Shown: positions 19,345 to 31,304, numbered from the stretch's first letter. The stretch is DNA of 64,000 bases from Candidatus Poribacteria bacterium (GCA_965242965.1 OZ251518.1:5056001-5120000); one strand, 5' to 3'. Translations and numbers: made by a program. The notes: a model not told the origin generated them from the sequence alone.

Positions 19345-19530
19345 TCACACGATGGATGTTGTTTGTTTTGCTTGCTGCGCGTCATAGTCCAAGATATCAA
19401 GAAGCGCGGATTGCAGACTTTCCAATAGTTCTTCGCGCGTCCGTTCTTGGCAATTCACGCCAGATATTTCACGGATCCATCCAATCCACCATTCGCCGGT
19501 GTATTGGATTTGCGCGGTATAATGTGACAT
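19345..19530 (-). CDS. hicB: Second short HicB-like protein, possibly truncated
   Basis: MSHYTAQIQYTGEWWIGWIREISGVNCQERTREELLESL, paralogous to 18795-19055; GAGGAG RBS. Confidence 0.75.
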   Translation of the reverse strand: MSHYTAQIQYTGEWWIGWIREISGVNCQERTREELLESLQSALLDILDYDAQQAKQTTSIV

Positions 19531-19597
19531 TTCCAATCTCCTCTGTTAGTTCGTGAAATTATTATCATATAAATGCACGGTTTTGTCCAATTTAAAT

Positions 19598-20044
19598 GAG
19601 AGTGTTTCATATCTCGTTGTTGTCAAAATGGTTTCGTGATACCCTGAACGCTTCCGTTTCCCCGGTAGGAGAGCCCGCCTGGTCTCGATGCAACCTCCCC
19701 GTAGGAGAGCCCTCCTGGTCTCGACACGCCGGTAGGCATTGGGCCCACCTCTGTAGTTCGGGATCGCCTGATCCCGAACGGGTCAAGATCAGGCGATCTT
19801 GATCTACAGGGCCTGGCGCACACACGATGGCGAGGGACAGGCCCTCGCCCTACGTGAAGGGCAGCGTTTTTTTTCGTAGTGCGGGAGGCTGCCCCCGCGA
19901 GCGTTGGGATACGCGTGCACGCACGATGGCGGGGGATAGGCCCTCGCCCTACGATAAAATCGAGACCAGGAGGTCTCTCCTACGGGGACATCGCTTGCAC
20001 CGAGACCTGGACGGCGCGCCGACACGGATTTATGAAACACCCTC
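19598..20044. mobile_element. MITE-like element with REP cargo
   Basis: GAGAGTGTTTCATA ... TTATGAAACACCCTC; no clear target duplication. Confidence 0.65.
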
Positions 20045-20110
20045 AGGTAACCAATAAACATGATAATTCAATTATCGCATTAATTGCGCAATTTTGTCAA
20101 GTTAAAAATG

Positions 20111-21283
20111 TCAAACCCGCACGCCGAGTGCAAACGCATCAATCGCCTGCCGGATATCCGCATCTCTATGCGATGCCATCACCGTAACGCGCAAGCGGCT
20201 TGTCCCCGATGGCACAGCCGGCGGCCGAATCGCCGGGGCAAATACGCCTGCCGAAAACAACGTCTCCGCAACTTGCACTGCGCGCTGCGGCGTGCCAAGC
20301 ACCACAGGTAAGATTTGCGTTTCACTCGGCAGGAGTTCAAACCCTAACGCCACTAATGCAGTTTTAAGGTGTTTCGCGTGCGAAAGTAGGCGGCACCGCA
20401 ACTCTGGCGTGGAACGCATTACGTCTAGTGCAGCTATCGCGGCGGCTAATGTCGCGGGCGGGAGCCCTGTCGTGAAGATGAAGCCGCGTGCCCGGTTAAT
20501 GAGCAACTCAATTAAGGCAGTGCTTCCCGCTATATAGCCGCCAAGTCCGCCGATTGCCTTGCTGAGCGTGCCCATCTGGATAAGGAACTTTTCCTGTTGC
20601 AACCCGAAATGTTCAACGGTGCCGCCGCCATGTTCGCCTAAAACACCGAACCCGTGCGCGTCATCTACCAATACCATCGCATTATGTTGCGCGGCGACTT
20701 CGCAAATATCGGGCAGCGGCGCGATGTCGCCATCCATGCTGAAAACGCCATCGGTGATAATCAACCGTCGCTGAAAGCCCGCGGCTGCCGCCAATAATTC
20801 CTTCAGATGCGCGACATCGCAATGCCGATAGACTTGCTTCGTGGCGCGGCTGAGTCGGCATCCGTCTATGATACTCGCGTGGTTGAGTGCATCGCTCAAA
20901 ATCAAGTCGCCTTCGCCGGCAAGCACTGGGATAGTGCCGGTATTGGCGGCGTAACCTGAACTGAAGACGAGAGCCGCCTCCGTGCCTTTCGCCTGTGCGA
21001 GGGCGGCTTCCAGCGTCGCATAGAGTTCGCTGTTCCCGGAAATGAGGCGTGAGCCGCTCGCACCTGTGCCGAATGCAAGCGTCGCCTCCACCGCAGCTTC
21101 CAGCACTTTTGGGTGTGTGCTTAAACCGAGGTAGTTGTTCGAGGCAAGATTGATGACTTCGCGGCCATCAAGGACAATTCTGCCAGTCGGCGCGCTCATC
21201 ACGGCGCGAAGGTGGCGTGATAAACCTGCCTGTTTAAGGGCTGCGTATTCTGCTTCTAACCAATCGTCAGATAGATATGACAC
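20111..21283 (-). CDS. bioF: 8-amino-7-oxononanoate synthase
   Basis: ASNNYLGL, SGSRLISG, FSSGYAAN, NHASIIDG, DGVFSMDGD, DDAHG, GTLSKA, IRPPAVP. Confidence 0.92.
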   Translation of the reverse strand: MSYLSDDWLEAEYAALKQAGLSRHLRAVMSAPTGRIVLDGREVINLASNNYLGLSTHPKVLEAAVEATLAFGTGASGSRLISGNSELYATLEAALAQAKGTEAALVFSSGYAANTGTIPVLAGEGDLILSDALNHASIIDGCRLSRATKQVYRHCDVAHLKELLAAAAGFQRRLIITDGVFSMDGDIAPLPDICEVAAQHNAMVLVDDAHGFGVLGEHGGGTVEHFGLQQEKFLIQMGTLSKAIGGLGGYIAGSTALIELLINRARGFIFTTGLPPATLAAAIAALDVMRSTPELRCRLLSHAKHLKTALVALGFELLPSETQILPVVLGTPQRAVQVAETLFSAGVFAPAIRPPAVPSGTSRLRVTVMASHRDADIRQAIDAFALGVRV

Positions 21284-21316
21284 GGTAGTGTTCCTAAAGA
21301 TTCATTTCGTTTAAAT

Positions 21317-21611
21317 GAGGGTGTTTCATAAATCAATGTCTTCCCGGTAGGAGAGACCTCCCGGTCTCGATGCAATAGGGCGGCGCGCCTACTGGGGCAG
21401 CGGCGGCAGAAAGCCCCTTGAAAAAACGTCTCTTAGGTCCGTAGGACCTAAAACGCCATTTCTTGCCGATGGCGATCGCGGGGGACAGGCCCCCGCGCTA
21501 CGATAAAAAACGGTTCTTGAGCCATCGCGGAGGACAGACCTCCGCGATACGGGAACATCGAGACCGGGAGGTCTCTCCTACCGGGAAGCCATCGAGATAT
21601 GAAATACCCTC
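21317..21611. mobile_element. MITE-like element with REP cargo
   Basis: GAGGGTGTTTCATAA ... TATGAAATACCCTC; flanks GTTTAAAT / ATCTAAAT. Confidence 0.7.
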
Positions 21612-21765
21612 ATCTAAATGGTGAAGTCTTGACAACAAGACTGCATGCTAAAACAACGCCTATTAAACCACCGCTAGGCAATACAAAAATTTTATTTCAA
21701 AACTAATGAAAATATGATATAATTTTTTTTAGCAATAAACAAGGAAAAGTGGAGGAGAGCGAACC

Positions 21766-22605
21766 ATGACACCTGAACAACGCTATCTGTTTGACGTGAC
21801 AGGTTACCTGCACATCGAAAACGCTGTCACCGGCGATGCATTGAAGGAAGCGCAGGCGGCTGTTGACAGATATATCCATACACCGATTGACGCGAGACCG
21901 GCGGGGTTCACCACGCGTCCGCGCGACTTGGAACCCGGCAAAGGCGGTAGATACGAGCACGGCTTCGCCTTCGACCGGGCATTGGAGGCGATGACGGTGC
22001 ATCCCGCTATCTGGCCCCTCGTCAAGGAATTCACCTTTGATAAACCGAGATTCGTCACCGGCACGCTCACGCTGGAACAGCACAATCCGGATAGACAACC
22101 GATGGGGACGAATCCGGCCGGGCTGCACTGCGCACGCGAGGGACGACACTGGACAACACGATATGAGATTAAAGATGGCAGCATCTACTGCAACGATTTC
22201 GTCGCCTTCTTTTATCTCACCGATGTCCATCCCGGCGATGGCGGGCTCATCGTAATTCCGGGTTCGCATAAGAGTCAGTTTGAACGCCCGGAGGAACTTC
22301 TTACACCCGGGCCCGACGGCATCGATCCGGAGCCCGATGATGTCTTTACTAACATCACGCCGAAGGCAGGCGATTTTGTTGTCATTTCCGAGCTCCTAAC
22401 GCACGGAGTCTTGCAGTGGAGACCGGGGGACAGGGACAGACGCTTCCTCATCTTGCGGTATCGTCCGCAGTACGACGGCAAACCGAGTTTGCCGGACGCA
22501 ATCATCGAGCGGTTATCACCGGAGGTTCAGGAATTGGTGCAGACTGCGTCGTATCAACACACGAAGGAAATTGTGAAACGAGATGTCGTGACGTTGACAG
22601 GTTAA
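21766..22605 (+). CDS. PhyH family dioxygenase
   Basis: YLFDVTGYL, GGLIVIPGSHK, LTHG; GGAGG RBS. Confidence 0.85.
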   Translation: MTPEQRYLFDVTGYLHIENAVTGDALKEAQAAVDRYIHTPIDARPAGFTTRPRDLEPGKGGRYEHGFAFDRALEAMTVHPAIWPLVKEFTFDKPRFVTGTLTLEQHNPDRQPMGTNPAGLHCAREGRHWTTRYEIKDGSIYCNDFVAFFYLTDVHPGDGGLIVIPGSHKSQFERPEELLTPGPDGIDPEPDDVFTNITPKAGDFVVISELLTHGVLQWRPGDRDRRFLILRYRPQYDGKPSLPDAIIERLSPEVQELVQTASYQHTKEIVKRDVVTLTG

Positions 22606-22743
22606 CTAGTTTCCGTAGTGCGAGGGCCTGTCCCTCTTTTTCGTAGCGCGAGGGCCTGTCCCTCGCGAAGCCAGACGAATTTCCGTAGCGCGAGGGCCTG
22701 TCCCTCGCGAACGCTACGCGTTTAAACAAATGGAGAAAATCCC

Positions 22744-23787
22744 ATGGCTACCCCTGAATACCGCGTCTGTATCGTCGGCTGCGGCCGGATGGGCGGCACG
22801 ATTGACGAAGAAGTCCGCGCCACGCCGCACGGTGCTTTACCTTACTCGCATGCCGCAGGCTACACCGCATGTGAACGGACAACCATCGTCGCAGCGGCGG
22901 ATGTCGTCCAAGAAAAGGCGAAATATGTCTGTGACAAGTGGGACATCCCCAAACTTTATCTGGACTATCGCGAGATGATAGCGCGAGAGAAACCGGATAT
23001 CGTCAGCATCGCCACGCGCCCGGGGAATCACGCCGAGATTACGCATTTCGCTGCCGAAAACGGCGTGAAAGGCATTTATTGCGACAAACCGCTCTGTGCT
23101 TCAATGGCGGAAGCGGATGCGATGGTGACAGTGTGCGAAAAGTATAATGTCAAGTTCAACCTCGGCACGCAACGCCGTTTCACGCCGGGTTACCTCAAAA
23201 TGCGCGAGATTCTTGAGAGTGGGCAGCTCGGTGAACGGCGCGCGGTTATCGCCTATTCCGGGGGTGCCGCGCTCTGGGGATACACGCACGCCGCCGATAT
23301 GCTCCTTTTTTTAGCGAGCGATTCGCCGATTGATTACGTGCAGGGAAACGTCGCCGTTGACGATGCAGATTTTGACGACAACCGCACCGAAGCAGACCCG
23401 GGCATTGTGATGGGATTTGTCCAATTTCAGAACGGTATCCGCGGTATCAGCATTCCCGGTACCGCTTATGAATTTGAGGTGAATTGTAGCGAAGGCACAG
23501 TGCGTTCACTCAACAACGGACTTGACTTCCAACTCCGCAAACGGCAGGGACAATTCAGTGAGATTTTAGACGCGCCATTCCCGCATTTTGAACGGAAAAG
23601 CGGCACCGTCGGCTGCATCGAGGACATCATTGAGGCGATTGAGACGGATACCGAGACGCTGGGGAATATCCATCTCGCGCATCGAAGCACCGAGATGGTG
23701 TTCGCTATCGTGGACTCGCAACGTCAAAACGGCGCGCGGGTGCAACTGCCGATGAAAAACCGGGAACTCTATCTCGGAAGGTGGTGA
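22744..23787 (+). CDS. Gfo/Idh/MocA family oxidoreductase
   Basis: IVGCGRMG, EKPDIVSIAT, CDKPL. Confidence 0.9.
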   Translation: MATPEYRVCIVGCGRMGGTIDEEVRATPHGALPYSHAAGYTACERTTIVAAADVVQEKAKYVCDKWDIPKLYLDYREMIAREKPDIVSIATRPGNHAEITHFAAENGVKGIYCDKPLCASMAEADAMVTVCEKYNVKFNLGTQRRFTPGYLKMREILESGQLGERRAVIAYSGGAALWGYTHAADMLLFLASDSPIDYVQGNVAVDDADFDDNRTEADPGIVMGFVQFQNGIRGISIPGTAYEFEVNCSEGTVRSLNNGLDFQLRKRQGQFSEILDAPFPHFERKSGTVGCIEDIIEAIETDTETLGNIHLAHRSTEMVFAIVDSQRQNGARVQLPMKNRELYLGRW

Positions 23788-24533
23788 AACTGATGTTCAG
23801 GAAACCCAATATTTTCGCTGGCATCGCGGGCGTGGTTCTCTTATTGAGTTACGTCGCGAGCGCGCTTCCCGAACGTCCCGCGAGCACGCGGTATGAGCAG
23901 CGCTCGCCAAGCCGTGATGGCATCGGGAAATTTTACATGGGACGTGAAATCTCGCAGGTGATGGGGCACCTCGGCGCGGGATGGCTTGAACGTCCCGAAC
24001 GCGAACGCGAAGAGATGCCGAATCGCCTCATAAAATTGCTGAACCTTAAACCGGGCGATGTCGTGGCTGATATCGGTGTCGGCACCGGTTACATCGCCCG
24101 GCGCATCGCACCGAAAATTGGCGACGAAGGCATCGTCTACGGCGTTGACATTCAGCAGGAGATGCTGGATTTGCTCGCCGAACAAATGGCAGCGGCTGGC
24201 ATCACGAACGTCAAAGGCGTGCTAGGAACTATCACAGATCCGAAGTTACCGGAGAATTCGGTAGATGTGGCAATTATGGTAGATGTCTACCACGAATTCT
24301 CGCATCCGTATGAAATGATGCAGCACATCTGTCGCGCGCTGAAAACGGGCGGCCGCGTCGTCTTCGTGGAATACCGCGCGGAGGACGATACCGTGCCGAT
24401 TAAGCGGCTCCACAAAATGAGTGAGCTGCAGGTAATCAAGGAGGCAACGCCGCATCCGCTAGTCTGGGTGGATACGCACGATGATTTACCGTGGCAGCAC
24501 GTTATCGTTTTTGAGAAAATTGATGAACAGTAA
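23781..24533 (+). CDS. Class I SAM-dependent methyltransferase with N-terminal signal or TM segment
   Basis: VADIGVGTG, VDIQQEML, DVYHEF, LKTGGRVV. Confidence 0.9.
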   Translation: MVKLMFRKPNIFAGIAGVVLLLSYVASALPERPASTRYEQRSPSRDGIGKFYMGREISQVMGHLGAGWLERPEREREEMPNRLIKLLNLKPGDVVADIGVGTGYIARRIAPKIGDEGIVYGVDIQQEMLDLLAEQMAAAGITNVKGVLGTITDPKLPENSVDVAIMVDVYHEFSHPYEMMQHICRALKTGGRVVFVEYRAEDDTVPIKRLHKMSELQVIKEATPHPLVWVDTHDDLPWQHVIVFEKIDEQ

Positions 24534-24547
24534 TGTCAAAAAAATGT

Positions 24548-24576
24548 TTGACAAAAAATCCGCATTTGCGTAAAAT
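24548..24576 (+). promoter_or_regulatory. sigma70-type promoter
   Basis: TTGACA-17 nt-TAAAAT. Confidence 0.7.
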
Positions 24577-24628
24577 GTAGAATCACGCGAAAACGTTTGG
24601 CTCATTGAGAAAATAGGAGAGAGTTATC

Positions 24629-27600
24629 GTGAACATTGCTAAAAACACCGTTCCACTACTACTCGCGTTGGTGTGCTGCCTCGCCATCTTACCGATGGCA
24701 TCCGCTGAACCCGGCAGACAACCCGCGCAAGCGGAACTGAATTACAACCTTGACATCCGTCCGATTCTCGCAGATAACTGCTATGCTTGTCACGGGCCGG
24801 ACGAAAAAGCCCGGCAAGCAGAACTGCGGCTGGATACGAAAGCAGGCGCGTTCTCGGAACCGAGCGGGTATCCGATAATCGTCCCCGGAAACCCGGATGA
24901 GAGTGAACTCTATCGGCGCATCATCTCTGAAGATGACAATTATCGGATGCCGCCGGCAGATTTCAATAAGACGCTCACGCCCGAGCAAGTAGAGACGCTC
25001 GCGCAGTGGATACGCGAAGGCGCAACATGGGCGGAACACTGGGCATTCACAACACCGACGCGCCCAACGCCGCCGACTGTCAAAAATGGAGACTGGGTGC
25101 GTAATCCCATCGATGCGTTCATCCTCGCGCGGTTAGAAGCAAACGGATTAACGCCCGCGCAAGAAGCTGACAAGCGGACGCTCATCCGACGGCTCAGCTT
25201 CGATCTCACCGGTTTACCGCCGACGCGTGAAGAGGTGCATCAGTTCCTCGCAGACGATTCTCCCGAGGCGTATGAAAAACTCATCGATGCCTTCATGGCG
25301 AAGCCTGAATACGGCGAACATACCGCTCGGTTCTGGCTCGATGCGGCGCGCTATGGCGATACGCACGGACTGCATCTGGATAACTACCGCGAAATGTGGC
25401 CCTATCGAGACTGGGTAATCGATGCCTTCAACGCTAATATGCCGTTCGATCAGTTCACAACTGAGCAGCTCGCAGGCGATTTGCTGACTGAACCGACGCT
25501 TGAACAGCGCATCGCCACCGGCTTCAATCGATGCCACGTCACCACGAGCGAAGGGGGTTCGATTGACGAGGAATACTACGTCCGATACGCCGTAGATAGG
25601 GCGAATACGACTGGCACTGTTTGGATGGGGTTGACCGTCGGATGCGCACAATGCCATGACCACAAGTATGACCCGATTACGCAGAAGGAGTTCTATCAAC
25701 TCTACGCGTATTTCAACAACATCACCGAAAATGCGATGGATGGCAACCGCAAGGATTCACCGCCTGTCGTGAAATTGCCGACACCCGAGCAGGAAGAAGA
25801 ACTCGCCGCGTTTGACGCGCAAATCGGTGAACTAGATGCACAGACGAAGGCACCTCTCCCCGGTGTTGATGCAACGCAAATCGCTTGGGAAAATAGGATG
25901 CCGCGCTGGACGCTCCTGAAACCTGCCGAGATGCACTCAAAAGGCGGCGCGACGTTGGAGCTGCTTGAGGATAATTCTATCCTCGTCAGCGGCACGAACC
26001 CGGAACAGGAAGTTTATGAAATCGTCGCGGAGTTGCCTTCCGGAAGCCAATGGAGTGCGATTCGGTTAGAAGGCATCACGCACAAATCTCTGCCGAAAGG
26101 CGGCGTTGGCAGAAGCGATAATAGCAACGTCGTCCTCACCGATTTTTCACTGGAAATCGCCACGGCGGCTCCAACAACAAATACGGAGGCTGACGTAGAA
26201 ACCGAAGAACCGGAGGCTGACGTAGAAACTGAAGAAATAGAGGCTGACGTAGAAGCCGAAGAGATGGAGGCTGACGTAGAAGCGGAAGAAACGTGGACAC
26301 CGATTCCGATAGTGCATGCCTGGGCAGACCACGAGCAGGCCGGCGGGGACTTTGCCGTCGCAAACGCGATTGACGACAAACCGGAAACGGGATGGGCTCT
26401 GGACAGACGACAGGCAAATCGACAGGCAATCTTCCTCGTTGCAACACCCTTTGGAAAGGAAGGCGGCACATTGAAGATGCGCCTCAAGCACGAGTATGAC
26501 TTGCGGCACAAGCAGTTCGGCAGATTCCGGCTTGCTGTTACGGACGCGCCGACGATTTATCCGATCGGTTCTAAAATCACGTTGGGAGATTGGCACGCTG
26601 TCGGGCCGTTCACTGCAGAGCACGGCAACATCGCCTTCTATCAAACTTACGAACCTGAAACGAAACCTGTCGGGACAGGCGATAAATTCACCTTCGGTGA
26701 CAAAACCTTGAAGTGGGAAAAGCAGACGCATTGGATTGATGCACAGGTGCATAACGACATCGTCGGTGAAAACAGTGCGACTTATCTCTTTCGGAACATC
26801 AGTTCTGTCACGCAGCAGAAAGCACTCCTGCATATCGGCAGCAACGATGCGCTGAAGGTTTGGTTGAACAACACCGAGGTCTTCGCCAAAAACGTCCAGC
26901 GCGATGCAGCGGCGGACCAGGAACGAATTCAGGTGCAACTCAAACCCGGTAACAATGCTTTGCTCCTCAAGGTTGTCAACTATTCCGGTCCTTCGGGTTT
27001 CTACTTCCGCATTGAAACCGATGCGCCGATGGTGCCGGCGGACATTGTCGATATCGCCGGGGTCGCCCGCGGTGAGCGTGAAGAGACGCAGCAAGCACAG
27101 ATTCGGGACTATTACCGGAATAACGTCACGCAGGATGCCGATTTGAAGGCACTCTTTGCAGCGTTAGCCGATGTGCGGCAAAAACGGAATACGCTGGATG
27201 CTTCGCTGACGACGACGCTCGTCATGCAAGAGCGGACAGAACCCCGCGGGGCTTATGTCTTGGAACGGGGTGAGTATGAACGCCGCGGTGAACAGGTGTA
27301 TCCGCAAACGCCGGCAGTGCTACCGCCGATGGCCGCCGATGCTGCACCGAATCGCCTCTCCCTCGCGGAGTGGTTGCTTTCACCGGAACATCCCCTCACG
27401 GCGCGCGTGACGATTAACCGGTTCTGGCAGAACGTCTTCGGCACGGGCATCGTGAAAACCGCCGAGGACTTTGGCACGCAAGGCATACCGCCGGTGCATC
27501 CGGAACTCTTGGATTGGCTCGCCACCGAATTCATCGCCTCCGGATGGGATGTCCAGCAGATGCTGAAGTTGATGCTGACTTCAGCCACTTATCGGCAGAG

Positions 27601-28303
27601 CGCGCAGGTAACGGCGCGAAAATTGGAATTGGATGCGGATAATCGCCTCCTCTCGCGTGGACCAAGGTATCGGTTTGATGCCGAAACCTTGCGCGATAAC
27701 GCTCTCGCTGTGAGTGGTTTGTTGTATACGCATATCGGCGGACCGAGTGTCAAACCACCACAACCGGATGGACTTTGGGCCGCTGTTGGATTTACCGGTT
27801 CTAATACCGACAAGTTTGTCCAAGATACAGGGGCTGATAAAGTGCATCGCCGGAGTTTCTATACGTTCTGGAAGCGCACCTCACCGCCGCCACAGATGAA
27901 CATCTTGGACGCGCCTTCACGCGAATCCTGCACCGTCAGACGCGAACGCACTAATACGCCGATGCAGGCGTTGATGCTGATGAATGACCCGCAGTATTTT
28001 GAGGCTGCGCGTGCTTTCGCAGAACGTATCCTAAAAGAAGCCGGAACGACATCGCAGGAACGCATCGCCTACGCCTTTGAGATAGCCACGGCGCGACTAC
28101 CGAAATCAGACGAAGAAGCACTGATTCTCGCGATGTTGGAGGCGCAAACGGAAGAACTTGCAGCCAATCCAGAGGCGGCAGAAGAACTCGTCCAAGTTGG
28201 CGAATCGGCACCTGATGAGACTTTAGACGCTGTTGAAGTCGCCGCATGGACGATGATCGCGAACCTGATTCTGAACCTAGATGAAGTGATGAACAAGGGG
28301 TAA
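24629..28303 (+). CDS. Planctomycete-type cytochrome c / DUF1549 / DUF1553 (PSCyt-PSD1) protein
   Basis: Signal peptide; CYACHGPD and [12 protein letters not shown] heme motifs; [32 protein letters not shown]. Confidence 0.92.
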   Translation: MNIAKNTVPLLLALVCCLAILPMASAEPGRQPAQAELNYNLDIRPILADNCYACHGPDEKARQAELRLDTKAGAFSEPSGYPIIVPGNPDESELYRRIISEDDNYRMPPADFNKTLTPEQVETLAQWIREGATWAEHWAFTTPTRPTPPTVKNGDWVRNPIDAFILARLEANGLTPAQEADKRTLIRRLSFDLTGLPPTREEVHQFLADDSPEAYEKLIDAFMAKPEYGEHTARFWLDAARYGDTHGLHLDNYREMWPYRDWVIDAFNANMPFDQFTTEQLAGDLLTEPTLEQRIATGFNRCHVTTSEGGSIDEEYYVRYAVDRANTTGTVWMGLTVGCAQCHDHKYDPITQKEFYQLYAYFNNITENAMDGNRKDSPPVVKLPTPEQEEELAAFDAQIGELDAQTKAPLPGVDATQIAWENRMPRWTLLKPAEMHSKGGATLELLEDNSILVSGTNPEQEVYEIVAELPSGSQWSAIRLEGITHKSLPKGGVGRSDNSNVVLTDFSLEIATAAPTTNTEADVETEEPEADVETEEIEADVEAEEMEADVEAEETWTPIPIVHAWADHEQAGGDFAVANAIDDKPETGWALDRRQANRQAIFLVATPFGKEGGTLKMRLKHEYDLRHKQFGRFRLAVTDAPTIYPIGSKITLGDWHAVGPFTAEHGNIAFYQTYEPETKPVGTGDKFTFGDKTLKWEKQTHWIDAQVHNDIVGENSATYLFRNISSVTQQKALLHIGSNDALKVWLNNTEVFAKNVQRDAAADQERIQVQLKPGNNALLLKVVNYSGPSGFYFRIETDAPMVPADIVDIAGVARGEREETQQAQIRDYYRNNVTQDADLKALFAALADVRQKRNTLDASLTTTLVMQERTEPRGAYVLERGEYERRGEQVYPQTPAVLPPMAADAAPNRLSLAEWLLSPEHPLTARVTINRFWQNVFGTGIVKTAEDFGTQGIPPVHPELLDWLATEFIASGWDVQQMLKLMLTSATYRQSAQVTARKLELDADNRLLSRGPRYRFDAETLRDNALAVSGLLYTHIGGPSVKPPQPDGLWAAVGFTGSNTDKFVQDTGADKVHRRSFYTFWKRTSPPPQMNILDAPSRESCTVRRERTNTPMQALMLMNDPQYFEAARAFAERILKEAGTTSQERIAYAFEIATARLPKSDEEALILAMLEAQTEELAANPEAAEELVQVGESAPDETLDAVEVAAWTMIANLILNLDEVMNKG
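26185..26292 (+). repeat. Intragenic 27-bp tandem repeat x4 encoding EADVE(T/A)EEx
   Basis: GGAGGCTGACGTAGAAACCGAAGAACC and three variants. Confidence 0.9.
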
Positions 28304-28446
28304 GCCTTAATCGAGACCGGGAGGTCTCGCCTACCGGTATTCGGATGAAAATCACGTGCAGTAGGCGGGACATCCTTGTCCCGAACGCATCGCGACCGGG
28401 AGGGCCCGCCTACGGAGATGGATTTGGTATTACGGGGGTAACATCC

Positions 28447-29928
28447 ATGGATCCGATTAAAGAATATCTAAAACTAGAAACGCGCCGCCAATTTTTTGGC
28501 AAATGCGCGACAGGGCTCGGCGGCGCGGCACTCGCTACACTGCTGCCGAACACCGTTGTGAACGCGCTTGAAAGCCATGCTGCTGCACCACGCTTCGGTG
28601 GGTTGCCGGAGCTGCCGCACTTTGCGCCGAAGGCGAAGCGCGCGATTTACCTTTTCATGTCCGGCGCACCCTCACAACTCGACCTGTTTGACTACAAGCC
28701 GAAAATGGGGGAATGGTTTGACACAGATCTGCCGGAGTCTATCCGCATGGGGCAACGCCTCACAACGATGACATCGGGACAAGATAAGTTCCCCATCGCG
28801 CCGTCTATCTTTGAATTCAAGAAGTATGATAACGGCGGCGACGGAGTCTGGCTGAGCGAGTTGCTGCCGCATACCGCCACGATGGTGAAAGATTTGGCGT
28901 TCATCAAAACGGTGCATACGGAGGCGATTAATCATGACCCGGCCATCACCTATATTTGCACGGGTGACGAGAGTCCGGGGAAACCGAGCCTCGGCGCGTG
29001 GCTGAGTTATGGGCTCGGCAGTGAAAACCGCAACTTACCCGCCTTCATTGTGATGAACGCGACCTGGTCTGGGCCAAAGGGCGCGCAGGCACTCTACAAC
29101 CGCTTGTGGGGCTCTGGATTCCTGCCTTCTGAACACCAAGGCGTGTTACTCCGCAGCCACGGCGACCCGGTGCTATTTCTCTCAAACCCGAAAGGTGTCA
29201 GTGAGAATGCTCGGAAGCGGATGCTGGATGCCCTCGTGGACTTGAACCAGAAACTCTATGAGGAAGTAGGAGACCCGGAGACGCATGCGCGCATTTCGCA
29301 GTATGAAATGGCGTTCCGGATGCAGTCTTCTGTCCCGGAGCTCATCGACCTTAAAGATGAACCGTCAAACGTCTTGGAGATGTATGGGCCCGATGTCCAT
29401 AAACCGGGCACGTTTGCGCATTGCTGTATCCTTGCACGCCGGATGATGGAGCGGGATGTCCGTCTCGTCCAAATTTTCCACCGCGGGTGGGATCAGCACG
29501 GCGACTTGCCCAAGAATATCCGGAATCAGGCACGCGACATCGACCAGCCGTCAACCGCGCTTGTCCAGGACCTGAAACAACGCGGCATGCTGGATGAAAC
29601 GTTAGTCGCCTGGGGTGGCGAATTCGGACGCACGGTTTATTGCCAAGGCAAACTCAGCCGCGATAATTATGGGCGAGACCATCATCCGAAATGCTTCACG
29701 CATTGGATGGCAGGCGGCGGTATCAAAGGCGGAGTCGTTCACGGTGAAACCGACGATTTCAGTTACAACATCGTCCGGGATCCCGTTCACATCCGAGACT
29801 TGAATGCCACGCTTCTGCATCAACTCGGCATCGATCACGAACGCTTAACGTTCAAGTTCCAGGGGCTCGATCATCGGTTGACAGGCGTTGAGGACAAAGC
29901 GCGGATTGTCAGCGAGGTGTTATCATAA
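28447..29928 (+). CDS. DUF1501 family protein (Tat-exported, sulfatase-like)
   Basis: TRRQFF Tat motif, [41 protein letters not shown]; typical partner of PSD1 proteins. Confidence 0.92.
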   Translation: MDPIKEYLKLETRRQFFGKCATGLGGAALATLLPNTVVNALESHAAAPRFGGLPELPHFAPKAKRAIYLFMSGAPSQLDLFDYKPKMGEWFDTDLPESIRMGQRLTTMTSGQDKFPIAPSIFEFKKYDNGGDGVWLSELLPHTATMVKDLAFIKTVHTEAINHDPAITYICTGDESPGKPSLGAWLSYGLGSENRNLPAFIVMNATWSGPKGAQALYNRLWGSGFLPSEHQGVLLRSHGDPVLFLSNPKGVSENARKRMLDALVDLNQKLYEEVGDPETHARISQYEMAFRMQSSVPELIDLKDEPSNVLEMYGPDVHKPGTFAHCCILARRMMERDVRLVQIFHRGWDQHGDLPKNIRNQARDIDQPSTALVQDLKQRGMLDETLVAWGGEFGRTVYCQGKLSRDNYGRDHHPKCFTHWMAGGGIKGGVVHGETDDFSYNIVRDPVHIRDLNATLLHQLGIDHERLTFKFQGLDHRLTGVEDKARIVSEVLS

Positions 29929-30123
29929 ACCTCCGTGGGGGCCCGCAACGGTTTGCACCCTGTCTCGAAAAAGGCGGTAGGCGGTACAAGGGTGTCCCGC
30001 CTACCGAAACTTGCGGGATAAGTCCCCGTAGGAGAGACCTCCTAGTCTCAATTCCCCGTGGGAGTGTCCCGCCTACCGAAACTTGCGGGATAAGAAGATT
30101 CCACATCTTGTAGGGAGATGTAG

Positions 30124-31290
30124 ATGCTGATTTACCAGAATATCGAAGATAAAATTGATGCCGCTACCTTACATGAAGTGCTGGCAGGTGAATACGAGAG
30201 CATCTTCTTAACCAGTTGCACTATTGAAGGTGTTGTTGACATCGCTTCCCTCTCGCTTGAAAAGGACGAGGACGGCGCGTTCATTCTGGATAAAGACATC
30301 GTGTGTATTCACTGCACCTTTGAAAACCTCGTCAAATTCCCCAAAACTGCGTTCCAGAAAGAGCTTGTCTTCAGCGAGACTGTGTTCAAGGAGCCTGTCG
30401 ATTTTCGCGGTTCTAAGTTCCAAGGGCACTGCGATTTCGGACAAGCCGACTTCCGCGCGCGCGTCAGTTTTCGGAGTGCTGTTTTCTACGACGAGGTAAA
30501 CTTCTGGCAGGCGAAATTTCACAACCTGGCGGAATTCAACGAAGTTGAATTCCAAGACAACGCGATTTTTGGGAAAACGCACTTCCACGGCGTGGGACAT
30601 TTTGGACAGACTGTTTTCCAACAGCAGTTGGACTTCAGTTACACGCGCTTCCATGATACTGTCACCTTTGAGCAAGCGACGTTCGGCACCGAAGCGGACT
30701 TTACTTCGGCGCGCTTTGCGTTTGTCGCCTCCTATCGCGACATCAGTTTCATGTCCGATACGCTACAACAATGGTTTGTGAACAAGTGGAAGCGCGATAA
30801 GCACCCGCCAACTGAATTCTATTTAGATAGCCACCATGTTGACGAAGTCTCTAATCCATTCTTCAAGCGGTATGTGGCAGACCAGCAGTTCATCCGTGTT
30901 TTCAAGGAGCGGAGCCCTTTCGGCGCACGAGTCTGGCGATGGAGCTCCGATTACGGACGCAGCTTAGGGCTTTGGGCGTTCTGGTCCTTCCTACTCGCCG
31001 TTGTGTTCGCTTTCGCCTATTCCATTTTTCCACCGGTGTTGGAGAACTTTGCGTTGGGTGATTTTGCCCCCAATATCATTCAAAACGCTGGAGACGCTGC
31101 TGGCAACCAACTCACATTTGGAAGTGCTTTTTACTTTAGCGTCGTCACCTTTACCACACTCGGATTCGGTGATGTCGTCGCAGAAAACGGCCCCGCGCGT
31201 TTCCTGGTCACGCTTGAGGTTATCTTAGGCTATATCATGCTTGGTGGGCTCATCAGCATCTTCGCCAATAAGTTAGCCAGCCGGAGTTAA
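30124..31290 (+). CDS. Pentapeptide-repeat protein with C-terminal two-TM potassium channel domain
   Basis: (A/T)xF repeats; SDYGRS; FYFSVVTFTTLGFGD pore motif. Confidence 0.85.
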   Translation: MLIYQNIEDKIDAATLHEVLAGEYESIFLTSCTIEGVVDIASLSLEKDEDGAFILDKDIVCIHCTFENLVKFPKTAFQKELVFSETVFKEPVDFRGSKFQGHCDFGQADFRARVSFRSAVFYDEVNFWQAKFHNLAEFNEVEFQDNAIFGKTHFHGVGHFGQTVFQQQLDFSYTRFHDTVTFEQATFGTEADFTSARFAFVASYRDISFMSDTLQQWFVNKWKRDKHPPTEFYLDSHHVDEVSNPFFKRYVADQQFIRVFKERSPFGARVWRWSSDYGRSLGLWAFWSFLLAVVFAFAYSIFPPVLENFALGDFAPNIIQNAGDAAGNQLTFGSAFYFSVVTFTTLGFGDVVAENGPARFLVTLEVILGYIMLGGLISIFANKLASRS

Positions 31291-31304
31291 CGTTTGCCTT
31301 AAAC

